The position numbers and the translations under genes are program-made. From Micropruina sp. (GTDB lineage Bacteria > Actinomycetota > Actinomycetes > Propionibacteriales > Propionibacteriaceae), in NCBI RefSeq assembly GCF_047602085.1, contig NZ_JASGID010000007.1, positions 397,388 to 461,387 of the forward strand: a stretch of DNA of 64,000 nt, read 5' to 3'. Below the pieces are notes generated by a model. It was not told the origin of the DNA. It searched no databases and saw nothing but the letters and a program-made list of their open reading frames with translations. Position 1 is the first letter of the stretch. Each line of letters begins with the position of its first letter. This document shows positions 1 through 8,835 of the stretch, piece after piece.

Positions 1-1569
1 GCTGGTCGCGGCAGGCGCCCGCAGCAGGTCGCCGAGGCGTTCCACCGGGTCGCCGGCGTCGAGCGAGGCCAGCCACGCCGCCTGCGGGTCGGATGCATCG
101 GTGCGCAACTGCGGCAGTTGCCGCCAGTCGAACCGGTTGCCCGACACGGTGGGTGCCTCGAACAGTGGCGAGGACACCGAGGTGCTGGCGGTCGTGCCAG
201 TGCGGGTGGCCACCACTTCACGCAGCACCCCGAGCATCTGCAGCCGCAGGTCTTCGGCCGAGTCGAACCGGTCGTGGGGGTCGTGGGCGCAGCACTTGAG
301 CAGCAGCCGATACAGCGAGTCGTTCTGGGCAAACGCGGGCAACTGGTCGGCCGGCGGAGTGCTGAACTCGAACTCGGTCTGGTAGCCGGGCACCTCGGCG
401 CAGAGCACCATCAGGGTGCGTCCGACGGTGAAGATGTCGGCGGCGATGCTCGCACCGGCGGTGGCCACCTCAGGTGCCTGGTAGCCGACCGTGCCGTAGA
501 TCGCCGAATCGTCGTCGCTGATTCGGCGCACCCCGCCGAGGTCGATCAGCTTGAGCGAGTCACCCACCTGAATCACGTTGTCGGGCTTGAAGTCGCAGTA
601 CAGCAGGCCCAAGTCATGCAGGTAGCTGAAGGCCGGCAGAATCTCGATCAGAAAGGCCAGCGCCTGGTCGACCGGCAGCGGGTCGTAGCTGCCGCCGCCT
701 GCTTCCATGCGCTGCTGCAGCAACTGCTTCAGCGAGCGACCGCCGACGTACTCCATCACGATGTAGGCGAATTTGTCGTGGCTGACGAAATTGTAGATCT
801 CGACGATCAGCGGGTGCTCCACCTGGGCCAGGAACTGCTGCTCACTCAGTGTGGCCTTCAGGGTGTCGGCGTCGCCGGTGTTGAGTAGACCCTTGAGCAC
901 GACCCAGCGGTCGCTCACGTTCTTGTCGCGGGCCAGGTAGATCCACCCCATGCCGCCGTGCGCCAGCGGCCCGACCACCTCGTACTGGCCGGCCACCAGG
1001 TCGCCGGCGGCAAGCTTGGGGCTGAACGAGTAGCCGGCGCCGCATTGGGGGCAGAAACCGTCGGAGCGTCCGGCGGCGTCGTCGCGGGAGCGTCCGACGT
1101 GGGCGCCGCAGTTGGGGCAGATGCGCTTGTCTTCGGGCAGTTCGGCGCGCACCATCACGGCCTTGGCGGGGTCGACCGCCGGCGCGGGCGGAACCACGGT
1201 GAGCCCCTGGCCGATGCGGCCCATGCGCAGCCGCGCCGCGCTTGCCGGACGCCTGGCCGGACGGGCGCCGAACGAGGTGGCGCGGGCCGAACCCAGGGCC
1301 GTCGACCCCAACTGCACCGAGGCCCGGGTGACCGACGACACGGTGGGCGTCAGCGCCGCCTCGGGCGGCATGCCGCAGGTGTCGCAGTAGCCGTCGACGA
1401 TCTCTCCCGAACAGCCGGGCTGCCGGCACGGCCCGCTGCCGGTGGCGGACGGCTTGCGCCCGGCCACCCCGCGCCCGACCGGCATGGTGGCGGCATTGCC
1501 GGGCATGCCGCAGACGTCGCAGTAGCCGTCGGTGATGGTTCCGGTGCAACCCGGCTGGCGGCACTTCAT
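1..1569 (-). CDS. pknG: PknG-like Ser/Thr protein kinase (3' end beyond window edge)
   Basis: Manual translation from ATG 1569: MKCRQPGC...; rubredoxin-like CPNC...CPQC; kinase motifs AHGGMGWIYLARD, VVLKGLL, YCDFKPDN (non-RD), KLIDLGG, YGTVGYQAPE. No stop before base 1, so absent from the ORF track. 4-nt overlap with the upstream gene. Confidence 0.88.
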   Translation of the reverse strand, partial: MKCRQPGCTGTITDGYCDVCGMPGNAATMPVGRGVAGRKPSATGSGPCRQPGCSGEIVDGYCDTCGMPPEAALTPTVSSVTRASVQLGSTALGSARATSFGARPARRPASAARLRMGRIGQGLTVVPPAPAVDPAKAVMVRAELPEDKRICPNCGAHVGRSRDDAAGRSDGFCPQCGAGYSFSPKLAAGDLVAGQYEVVGPLAHGGMGWIYLARDKNVSDRWVVLKGLLNTGDADTLKATLSEQQFLAQVEHPLIVEIYNFVSHDKFAYIVMEYVGGRSLKQLLQQRMEAGGGSYDPLPVDQALAFLIEILPAFSYLHDLGLLYCDFKPDNVIQVGDSLKLIDLGGVRRISDDDSAIYGTVGYQAPEVATAGASIAADIFTVGRTLMVLCAEVPGYQTEFEFSTPPADQLPAFAQNDSLYRLLLKCCAHDPHDRFDSAEDLRLQMLGVLREVVATRTGTTASTSVSSPLFEAPTVSGNRFDWRQLPQLRTDASDPQAAWLASLDAGDPVERLGDLLRAPAATS

Positions 1570-2696
1570 CGGCTGCCCCCTTCGGCCAGCCAGTCGAGCA
1601 TCGCCTGCGCGGCCGGCAGCAACTGCCGCACCACCGCCATCGGGGCCGGAGGGCGCTGCAACAGTCGCTCGGCGTGATCGGCGATCGCGGTGAAATCCTG
1701 GTTGCCGCCCAAGCCCAGCGCATCGGCCTTGGCGCGCAGCGCAGCCACCAGCCCCAACTGGGCGTCACGCTCGGCCAGCGCCCCGGAGTAGGCGTCCTGC
1801 ACCACCTGCATGGCTCGGCCCACCTGACCGAGCCGTTCGAGGTGAACGTCGATCGCCTGCCGGGTGTTGGGCACGGGGCCGAGTGCGGCGACGTCCGGCA
1901 CCGCGTACTTGGGGGCCGGCGACACCGCAGCCACGGTGTTGGCCACCAGTTGGCGCAGTGCCAGCTCGCGCGCGGTCAGCTCGTCGGTCAGCTCGCGGGC
2001 CCGGGCCAGCGCGTCGCGGTTCTCGCGCCGCTTGGCGCCCCCCACGATCAGGTCGCGTTCGTAGCGGGCGGCGTCGATCTCGAGCGGGCCGAGCAGGCCG
2101 CCGATGTCGCCGCCGCGCTCCCGTTTGCCCTCCAGGTCGCTCACTCGCGCGGCCATCTGCGACACCTGCGCGGCGGCAGCCGGCCGCGCGGTGGACGGCT
2201 CGTTGGCCGCCTGTTCGCGAATGCGTTCCACCTGGGCGCGCAGGTCGAGCAACCGGCGGGCCAGTTGCTCGGCATTGGGGTCGAAGTTCAGCTTCTGCCG
2301 CAACTGGGCGACCAGGGCGTCCGAGAGCCGGCTGGCCTCGGGCAGCGACACCGCCATACCGGCCAACTGGGCCGAGGGTGAGGGGCCGGGGTCGAGCCGT
2401 CCCCAGATCAGCGACGACAGCCGGGCGCATTCGGCGGGCCCGACCCGTCCGGAGTCCCAGGTAACCAGCAGCAGGTCGTAGCGGCTCTTCACCGCCTGCC
2501 AAAGGGCCAGCGACAACTGCAGGTCGGCGGTCAGCGTGTCGAGCTTGCGGCCCAGGATCTCGGTATCGATGGCGGCCAGTTCGCTGCGCCGCGCAGCCAC
2601 CCAGGCGTCGAGTTCGGCCAGGTAGCCAACCATCGCCTGGGGTTGCACGGGTTCGTTCAGCCGGCCCGGCGCCGACGGTGCGATGACCGGGCTCAT
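1566..2696 (-). CDS. Hypothetical soluble alpha-helical/coiled-coil protein (376 aa)
   Basis: C-terminal part of track ORF 1566..4136; ATG 2696 (MSPVIAPSAPG...) overlaps the upstream stop (ATGA). No signal peptide or TM segment; helical character. Confidence 0.8.
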   Translation of the reverse strand: MSPVIAPSAPGRLNEPVQPQAMVGYLAELDAWVAARRSELAAIDTEILGRKLDTLTADLQLSLALWQAVKSRYDLLLVTWDSGRVGPAECARLSSLIWGRLDPGPSPSAQLAGMAVSLPEASRLSDALVAQLRQKLNFDPNAEQLARRLLDLRAQVERIREQAANEPSTARPAAAAQVSQMAARVSDLEGKRERGGDIGGLLGPLEIDAARYERDLIVGGAKRRENRDALARARELTDELTARELALRQLVANTVAAVSPAPKYAVPDVAALGPVPNTRQAIDVHLERLGQVGRAMQVVQDAYSGALAERDAQLGLVAALRAKADALGLGGNQDFTAIADHAERLLQRPPAPMAVVRQLLPAAQAMLDWLAEGGSR

Positions 2697-3997
2697 CGGT
2701 ACTCCTCGATGCGCCGGGCCACGCCCCAGAATGTCAGCCCGGCACCGGCCAGGGTGAGCAGGATCACCCCGGCGATGCCGCTGATCACCGCATTGCCGAC
2801 GCCGGTGACGCTCGAGATGACCGGGCTGCGCAGGGTGGTGTTCAACGTGCTGAGGGCGCTGTCGAGGTTGGCGAAGGCCTCTGCGCCGGCTCCGGACGAC
2901 CCGATCGCGGCATTGCTGGCCTGGGCCCACTGCGATTTGGCGATCAGGTTCGCCACCGTGGTGTGCGCGGTGTTGTACGTGGTCAGCGCCTTGGTGACTT
3001 TGCTCGACTTCGTCACCTCGGCCACCGCGGAGGTGGCCGCGGTGTAGCCGGCGGTCCACTGGGTGAGGTAACTGCCGCCGTCCGATTGCAGGCCGATGGC
3101 GAGCAACTCGTCGGCACGGGCCTGATGAATCTGCTGGCGGGCGACGGCGATGTTGTCGAGGTCGGCGCGGCTTGAGTCGGTGAAGTCGAAGGCCACCGAA
3201 CTGGCGGCCCCGGCAACCGACCACACCACCACCGCCGACACCACCGCGCACAGCAGCCCGGCGGCAACGCCGATGTTCAGGTAGCGGTGCGAGGCCCGGG
3301 CCAGCGCGACGCCGATCGCCGCCAGGGCGCCGACCGCCAGCACCGCGGCCCCGGCGACCCAGTACACCCAGTTGGTGTTCAGGTCGCTCGCCACCCGATC
3401 GCCCGCAGCCGCGGTGGCCGCCTCGAGCGGGGTGATCAGGTCGATGGCCAACTGGTCGTTGGCCTTGCTGGCGATGGCTGCCGACGAGGTTCCGTCGGCG
3501 TTCAGGGCGTTCTGCAGGGTCATGGCGTAGTTGACCAGTGCGCCGGTGAGCGGCACCACCCGGTCGCGGTCGTCGGCCACCCCCGCAGCGTCGGCCAGCG
3601 TGGTGGCCAGCGTGCCCAACTGGTCGTCGAGCTGGTCGCGAACGGCGGTGGTGGGGGTGAGCGCCCAGGCATTGGCGCTCTGCTGCACCCGCAACGCCTG
3701 CACCCGGGCATCGGCCAGCCGGTGGTACTGGGTGAGGCTCTCCGCGGCGTGCGCGGCAGCGTTGAACGACACCGCCAGGGCTGTGATCGCGAACGCGCCG
3801 AAGGCCAGCAGCAGTGCCACCGCGGCCAGTTGCAGACGACGCAACCGGCGCACCGAGCGCGGGGTGGACGCGCGGCGCGGCGGGGCAGGCGGCGAGGTGC
3901 GGGGCAGTACGCCGAGGGTGCCCGGAGCGGGGGGAGTGCCGGGCGCCGTGGGGGTAGGCCCGCGGAGCGTCGTCACGGTGACAGGGGTGGGGCTCAT
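2693..3997 (-). CDS. GlnX-like integral membrane protein (4 TM, two extracytoplasmic helical domains)
   Basis: Four hydrophobic segments separated by two ~130-aa helical regions; RASHRYLNIG linker; C-terminal GVARRIEEYR resembles GlnX-family ends; same operon as a PknG-like kinase. Confidence 0.72.
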   Translation of the reverse strand: MSPTPVTVTTLRGPTPTAPGTPPAPGTLGVLPRTSPPAPPRRASTPRSVRRLRRLQLAAVALLLAFGAFAITALAVSFNAAAHAAESLTQYHRLADARVQALRVQQSANAWALTPTTAVRDQLDDQLGTLATTLADAAGVADDRDRVVPLTGALVNYAMTLQNALNADGTSSAAIASKANDQLAIDLITPLEAATAAAGDRVASDLNTNWVYWVAGAAVLAVGALAAIGVALARASHRYLNIGVAAGLLCAVVSAVVVWSVAGAASSVAFDFTDSSRADLDNIAVARQQIHQARADELLAIGLQSDGGSYLTQWTAGYTAATSAVAEVTKSSKVTKALTTYNTAHTTVANLIAKSQWAQASNAAIGSSGAGAEAFANLDSALSTLNTTLRSPVISSVTGVGNAVISGIAGVILLTLAGAGLTFWGVARRIEEYR

Positions 3998-5691
3998 GCC
4001 GCTCCGCCCGGCTGGCTGGGGTCAGCGGCGCTGCCGGGGGGTGGCGCGGCCGACAGCGTGTCGGGCGACGAGGCAGCAGGAGACGGCCGAGCGCCGGTGG
4101 TGGCCGATGGATCGGCCGGTGGCTGCAGACCTGCACCGGGCACGCCCGTCCAGTCGACCACCGGCGCCGGATCGGTCTCTAGATCGTCGGGCAGCAGGGT
4201 GCGTAGCTGGTCGATGCTGGGCTCGGTGACGTCGCGCAACCGCCAGGCGTGCTTGCCGATGGCGGCCTCGAGCACATTGCGGGCGAAGCGTCCGTTGCCG
4301 AAGGTCTGGTCGCGCACCTGGCGACCCAGCAGGGCCCGGAACGTGTCGAGACAGCCCTTGCCCAGGTCGTAGTCGGCGCCGGCGACCATGCCGGTGAAGA
4401 TCTGCTCCAGCTCGGCGTCGGTGTAGTCGTCGAAGCCGATGGTGGTGCGAAAGCGGCTGGCCAGGCCCGGGTTCTGGGCGATGAACACGCTCATCGGCGA
4501 CGGGTAGCCGGCCACGATCACCACCAGGTCGTTGCGCTTGTCCTCCATCTCTTTGACCAGGGTGTTGATCGCCTCTTCGCCGTACTGGTCGCCGTTGAGG
4601 CTGTATGCCTCGTCGATGAACAGCACGCCGCCTTCGGCCTTGGCGACCACTTCGGCGGTCTTCATGGCCGTCTGGCCCAGGTAGCCGGCGACCAGCTCGG
4701 AGCGGTCGACCTCGACGAGTTGGCCCTTGGTCAGCAGCCCGACCGCCCGGTAAATGCCGGCCACCAGCCGGGCCACGGTGGTCTTGCCGGTGCCGGGGTT
4801 GCCGACGAAGACCAGGTGCCGGGTGATGGTCGGGCTCTTCAGCCCCGCCTTGGCGCGCAGGGCGTCCACCTTGAGCACGGCGGTCTGGCGGTGAATCTCA
4901 GCCTTCACCCTGCCCAGCCCGACCAGCGCGTCGAGCTCGGCCAGCAGTTCGTCGAGGCTCTTCTCGGGCTGTGTGGGCGCCTGTGGCTGCACCGGCTGTA
5001 CCGGCTGCTCGGGTGCGGACGGCGGCGGCGCGGCCTGCCCCGGGGGCTCCCCGCTGGTCGAGCCTGTCGAGACTTCTCCGCTGGTCGAGCCTGTCGAGAC
5101 CCTGCCCGACAGCGCCGACTCCAGCCCGGGAATCGCGCCGGGCCCGAACGGGTCGAGCTGGCGCAGATCGAGCAGCCTGGCCTGGTTCTCATGCAGCCGG
5201 CCGAGCACCGACGACAAGATCTGCGGTGCCTGCCGCACGAACTCGGCGTCGTCGGACGAGGCCGCAGTCAACCCAGGGCGGCCTCCGTTGCTGATGCCCT
5301 GTGCGGCGCTCACTTGTACGCCCGCCGCCCCCTGCGCGGCACCGGTGCTTTGCGGCGTGGGGGAGCCGAGCAGGGCTGCCGCGGTGGCAACCTCGGCCAG
5401 GGCCCTCGCGTACGGCACGGCATGGCTGGAGCGGGCGTTGTGCAGTTGCGCGACCAGCGGGGTGGCCGAGGTCCGGAATTTGCGGCCCCGCAGGGCGGCG
5501 TCCATGAAGGTGGCGGCGCTGATCGCCCGGCCGGTGGCGGCGCACCAATCGACGAACGATCCGACCGCCGACTCCGACACCGCCGCCGCCAGTTGTTCGC
5601 CCTCGACCCGGGCAGCGGCGGCGTCCACCCCGGCCGTGCGGGCTGCGGCAGCCAGGTCGTCCAGGGTCTTGGCCAGGTCGGGGTCGGTCAC
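3994..5691 (-). CDS. AAA+ ATPase, CbbX/SpoVK/EccA-type, with uncharacterised N-terminal domain
   Basis: Walker A GNPGTGKT, Walker B VLFIDEAYSL, VVIVAGY, NPGLASRF, FGNGRFARN; ~130-aa helical N-terminus and a Pro/Gln-rich linker. Confidence 0.9.
   Translation of the reverse strand: MTDPDLAKTLDDLAAAARTAGVDAAAARVEGEQLAAAVSESAVGSFVDWCAATGRAISAATFMDAALRGRKFRTSATPLVAQLHNARSSHAVPYARALAEVATAAALLGSPTPQSTGAAQGAAGVQVSAAQGISNGGRPGLTAASSDDAEFVRQAPQILSSVLGRLHENQARLLDLRQLDPFGPGAIPGLESALSGRVSTGSTSGEVSTGSTSGEPPGQAAPPPSAPEQPVQPVQPQAPTQPEKSLDELLAELDALVGLGRVKAEIHRQTAVLKVDALRAKAGLKSPTITRHLVFVGNPGTGKTTVARLVAGIYRAVGLLTKGQLVEVDRSELVAGYLGQTAMKTAEVVAKAEGGVLFIDEAYSLNGDQYGEEAINTLVKEMEDKRNDLVVIVAGYPSPMSVFIAQNPGLASRFRTTIGFDDYTDAELEQIFTGMVAGADYDLGKGCLDTFRALLGRQVRDQTFGNGRFARNVLEAAIGKHAWRLRDVTEPSIDQLRTLLPDDLETDPAPVVDWTGVPGAGLQPPADPSATTGARPSPAASSPDTLSAAPPPGSAADPSQPGGAA
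5056..5101. repeat. Two REP copies (27-bp period) inside the AAA ATPase CDS
   Basis: GGTCGAGCCTGTCGAGAC at 5056-5073 and 5083-5100; encode VSTGSTSGE twice, in frame. Confidence 0.9.
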
Positions 5692-6242
5692 GGGCGCTCC
5701 AGGTTGAGGGAGGTCGCAGGCTGGTCGGTGGCCGGCGGCACGGTCAGGTCGACGGGGGCCGCGGAGTGGCCGAAGCGCTCCTGCAGAAACCGGCCGTGGG
5801 CGATCAGCGCCGCCGCATCGGTGGAGTTGGCCGCGTCGTAGATCTTCTGCATGGTCGCGCCAAGCAGGTCGAGCTGGTCGATCAGCAGCAGCAGCGGGGT
5901 CTTGCCGTTCTCGACCGGACGCGAGTCGGCCCAGTCCTGCGGCAGCCGCAGGTAGGCGCCGATCGCCTCGGGCAGGTAGTCGGTCGCGGTGGCCACCACC
6001 GAATAGCTGTCGTAACTGCCCAGCCCCAGCGACTCCAGCCGGGGCAGGGTCTTGCGCACCAGGTCGGCCACCCGGGCGGCCCGCGAGCGCACCACCGAGG
6101 GCAGCCGGCCCGAACCGATCAACTGGTCGACCCCGGCCAGCGAGGCCATGATGTCGGCCTCGGTGGGCGCCGGGTCGACCTCGGGCAGGGCAGCCGGCGG
6201 CGGCGTGGAATCACGGCCGGTCAGCCAGTCCCAAAAACCCAT
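5688..6242 (-). CDS. XpaC-like TelA partner protein
   Basis: TDYLPEAIGAYLRLP...GKTPLLLLIDQLDLL...AHGRFLQERF pattern typical of XpaC-like proteins encoded next to telA; 4-nt overlap with the AAA gene. Confidence 0.65.
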   Translation of the reverse strand: MGFWDWLTGRDSTPPPAALPEVDPAPTEADIMASLAGVDQLIGSGRLPSVVRSRAARVADLVRKTLPRLESLGLGSYDSYSVVATATDYLPEAIGAYLRLPQDWADSRPVENGKTPLLLLIDQLDLLGATMQKIYDAANSTDAAALIAHGRFLQERFGHSAAPVDLTVPPATDQPATSLNLERP

Positions 6243-6287
6243 GGTGTGCCCAACTGCGTTGTCGTGTCGGTTCGATGAGGCGGTCGA

Positions 6288-7511
6288 TCAGAGGCTGATC
6301 TGCGGCATCGACTGGCTGCGGGTGTCTTGCTGTGCCACCCGATCGAGGTAGTCCTTGCTCTTGACCACCTCGTTCTCGAGCACGCCGATGGTCTGGGCCA
6401 TGGTGTCGAGCGCCCGGGCCTTGAACTCGTCGATCGAGTCCATTGTGGCGTAGATGTTGGCGAAGGCCGCCTGCAGTTGCTCCAGGCCGATGGTCGAGCT
6501 GGCCGCCTGCTCTTGAATGCGGGCCGAGTTGTCTTTGAGCATCTCGGACGTGCGCTGGATCATCTGCGAGGTGGTGGTGTTCAGCGCCGTGATCTGGTCG
6601 AGCACCAGCTTCTGGTTGCCCAGCGCCTGCGCCACGATCACGGCGGTGCGCAGGGCCGAGATGGTGGTGGTGCTGGCCCGGTCGACGCCCTTGATCAGCT
6701 CGATGTTGTTCTTGATGATGATGTCGATGGCCAGGTAGCTCTGAATCGACACCGCGAGCTGGGTGAGCAGGTCCTGGTGCTTCTGGCGCACGTAGAACAG
6801 CACGTCCTGGCTGAGCGCCTTGGCCTTCTCGGGGTCGGTGATCTGCAGTTCGGCGATCTGGGCCGAAAGCCGGGCGTCCAGCCGTTCGGCGATGTAGACG
6901 TATTGGTTGAGCCGGCCCATCACCGTCCACAGATTCTGCTTCTCCATGTTGAGCGCAACATTGTCTTTGGTCAGCTCGTCCTGGCCCGAACGTAGCGCGT
7001 GCAGGATGCCATTGAGTTGCTGCTGGCTGCTTTGGTAGCGGCGAAAGTAGTCGGTGACCTGGTCGCCGAACGGAATCATGCCGAGAAACTTCTTGGGGCC
7101 GCGGGCCTGGCCCGGGTCGAGGTCTTCGACGGTGCGTCGCAACTGAATCAAGGTCTGGCCGACCTTGGACCCCTCGGAGAGACCGCCCTCTTTGAGCGCG
7201 CGCACCGGCGTGTTGAGCAGCCGGTTGGACGTCTCGGCGGCCTTGCGAATGTCGGCGTCACCCATGCTGCGCACGGCGTCGGCCTGCGCCGCGAACGTGG
7301 GCGACTTCTCTTCGGCCGAACCCAGTGCGTTGAGGAACTCGTCGACCTTGGCGTCGAGCACCGGCACTTGGGCAGCCTCGACCTGCGGGGCCATGGCGGG
7401 CGCCTGGGTGGCGACCACCGCGGCAGGCGCCTCGGGCACGGTCAGCGACAGGGTGGTCGGCGGCTGCAGCGGCATGGCCGCGGCGCCGCCGGCGGGAGTG
7501 GTCGAGCTCAT
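6288..7511 (-). CDS. telA: Toxic anion resistance protein (TelA/KlaA family)
   Basis: 407-aa coiled-coil protein: KFLGMIPFG...YFRRYQSSQQQLNGI...L...GQDEL.KDN, QDLLTQLAVSIQ, NNIELIKGVDRASTTTISALRTAVIVAQAL. SD GAGAGG upstream. Confidence 0.88.
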   Translation of the reverse strand: MSSTTPAGGAAAMPLQPPTTLSLTVPEAPAAVVATQAPAMAPQVEAAQVPVLDAKVDEFLNALGSAEEKSPTFAAQADAVRSMGDADIRKAAETSNRLLNTPVRALKEGGLSEGSKVGQTLIQLRRTVEDLDPGQARGPKKFLGMIPFGDQVTDYFRRYQSSQQQLNGILHALRSGQDELTKDNVALNMEKQNLWTVMGRLNQYVYIAERLDARLSAQIAELQITDPEKAKALSQDVLFYVRQKHQDLLTQLAVSIQSYLAIDIIIKNNIELIKGVDRASTTTISALRTAVIVAQALGNQKLVLDQITALNTTTSQMIQRTSEMLKDNSARIQEQAASSTIGLEQLQAAFANIYATMDSIDEFKARALDTMAQTIGVLENEVVKSKDYLDRVAQQDTRSQSMPQISL

Positions 7512-7676
7512 GAACTGCCTCTCGAAACGGTCAACAGGGCGGTGCCGTCCAATCTAGCGGGCGGGCGGGTGAGCAGGCAGTGGGGAGCGCTCGGGGGCAA
7601 CCCTGGAAGTCGGGGCAGGCACGCGGCGATAGCTGCGTTTTGACGATCCCCGGCGTCCGGCTGAGACCCCCGCGCC

Positions 7677-7728
7677 CAGAGATGAGGGTTATGCCGGCCG
7701 CCAGGGCAGGCCATAACCCTCATTTCTG
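7677..7728. repeat. 17-bp inverted repeat (terminator or REP-like hairpin)
   Basis: CAGAGATGAGGGTTATG (7677-7693) / CATAACCCTCATTTCTG (7712-7728), 1 mismatch, 18-nt loop; lies between the CPBP 3' end and the telA promoter. Confidence 0.7.
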
Positions 7729-7840
7729 CGCGGCGGGAGCGAACGGCGGCTGGGGCACACATCAATACGTGCGTTTCTCGGCGTGCCCGCCAATGAAGCG
7801 CGGATCCGGACGGTCACGGGGTCGTCCGGGCAGCAGCCGA

Positions 7841-8754
7841 TCAGCAGGACGGTCGGTGCGGTGTGCTGGTCCGGCCGTAACGGGAGTCGCCGTCGATTCG
7901 GCGCCACCACCCGGCGAAGATCACCGCGAAGCAGACTGAGATCAGGGACGACAGCAGAGCGCTCCACCAGGTGGTGAGCGTCGCGTTCAGGTCACCCATC
8001 CCGAACGCGGCCATGACGAAGACGACAGCGTTGTTGACCGCGTGCATGGCGATGGCGGCCTCGAGGCCCCCGGTGCGCCAGGTCAGCCAGGTCGCCACCG
8101 CCGCGAACACACCGATCGAGGCAAGCCCCCAGGCGTCGTAGCTGTGCCCGAACACGAACAGCGGCACTGAGAGCAGCAGCCCCCAGACCGGTGCCCGCAG
8201 CCAGTGCCCGATGGCCTGCATCAGCAGGCCGCGAAACAGGTACTCCTCGCCCGCGGCCTGGAGCGGAATGATCAGCACCCCGACCGCCAGCAGGCCCAGC
8301 GTGCGAGGGGTGATCACGGGCAGCACCGGATCCAGCGCCCACCCAGCTGGCCGCCGGTAGCAGCACCGGAACCGTCATCAGCGCCACTGCTCGGGCCAGC
8401 AGGCTCCACCGGATGCGTCCCGCCACCGAGTCGAGCGTGCCGCGGCGCCCCATGAGTCGAACGGTCAGTCGCGCGGCCGGAATGAACAGGGCGAGCATCA
8501 GGGCGGCGAACGCCGCCTGCACCGGATCGTTCATGTCGAACTCCTCGACGCTCCAGGCCTCAGGCGAGAGCTGCAGCAGCACCCAGATCACCACCAGGCA
8601 GGCTCCGAAGACCACGTAGGCCAGCACGAACAGGCCGATGGTGGCGAGCGGCCGCGACCAGCCGGGCGTGCATCGGCTCAGCCGAAAATAGGTCAAATTC
8701 TTCCGGGTTGCGAGCCGGGGCGGGTGTTGTGGTGCGTGCCAGTGAAAGCGTCAT
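7841..8754 (-). pseudogene. CPBP (CAAX protease/Abi) family intramembrane metalloprotease with two +1 frameshifts
   Basis: ATG 8754 with SD GAGGG; frame shifts at AAA 8695-8697 and at CCCACCC 8338-8344; C-terminal frame carries QAAGEEYLFRG, FVFGHS, AIAMHAVNN. 914 nt = 304 codons + 2. Confidence 0.75.
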
Positions 8755-8835
8755 GGCTTCACCCTCGCCGTGAGCGCCCGCCCCGCGGGATCGGCCGACC
8801 GGACGAAGCGTGTCGTCGCAGGTCGCTGGCTGGGT

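Noticed and set aside
1566-4136. 856-aa ORF as one protein
   Set aside because: Its N-terminal ~480 aa is an off-frame reading of the GlnX-like and AAA genes; protein-like sequence starts at ATG 2696, which overlaps the upstream stop.
6288-7511. TelA as a type VII secretion toxin with the AAA protein as EccA
   Set aside because: This TelA is the toxic-anion-resistance family, not an LXG effector; no WXG100, EccC/FtsK or mycosin genes seen. The AAA class is shared with CbbX/SpoVK. Genes left of the window remain unseen.
8315-8375. 11-bp direct repeat (40-nt period) across the CPBP frameshift as a programmed switch
   Set aside because: Both copies encode Pro-Val-Leu in different frames; a single extra base explains the break more simply.
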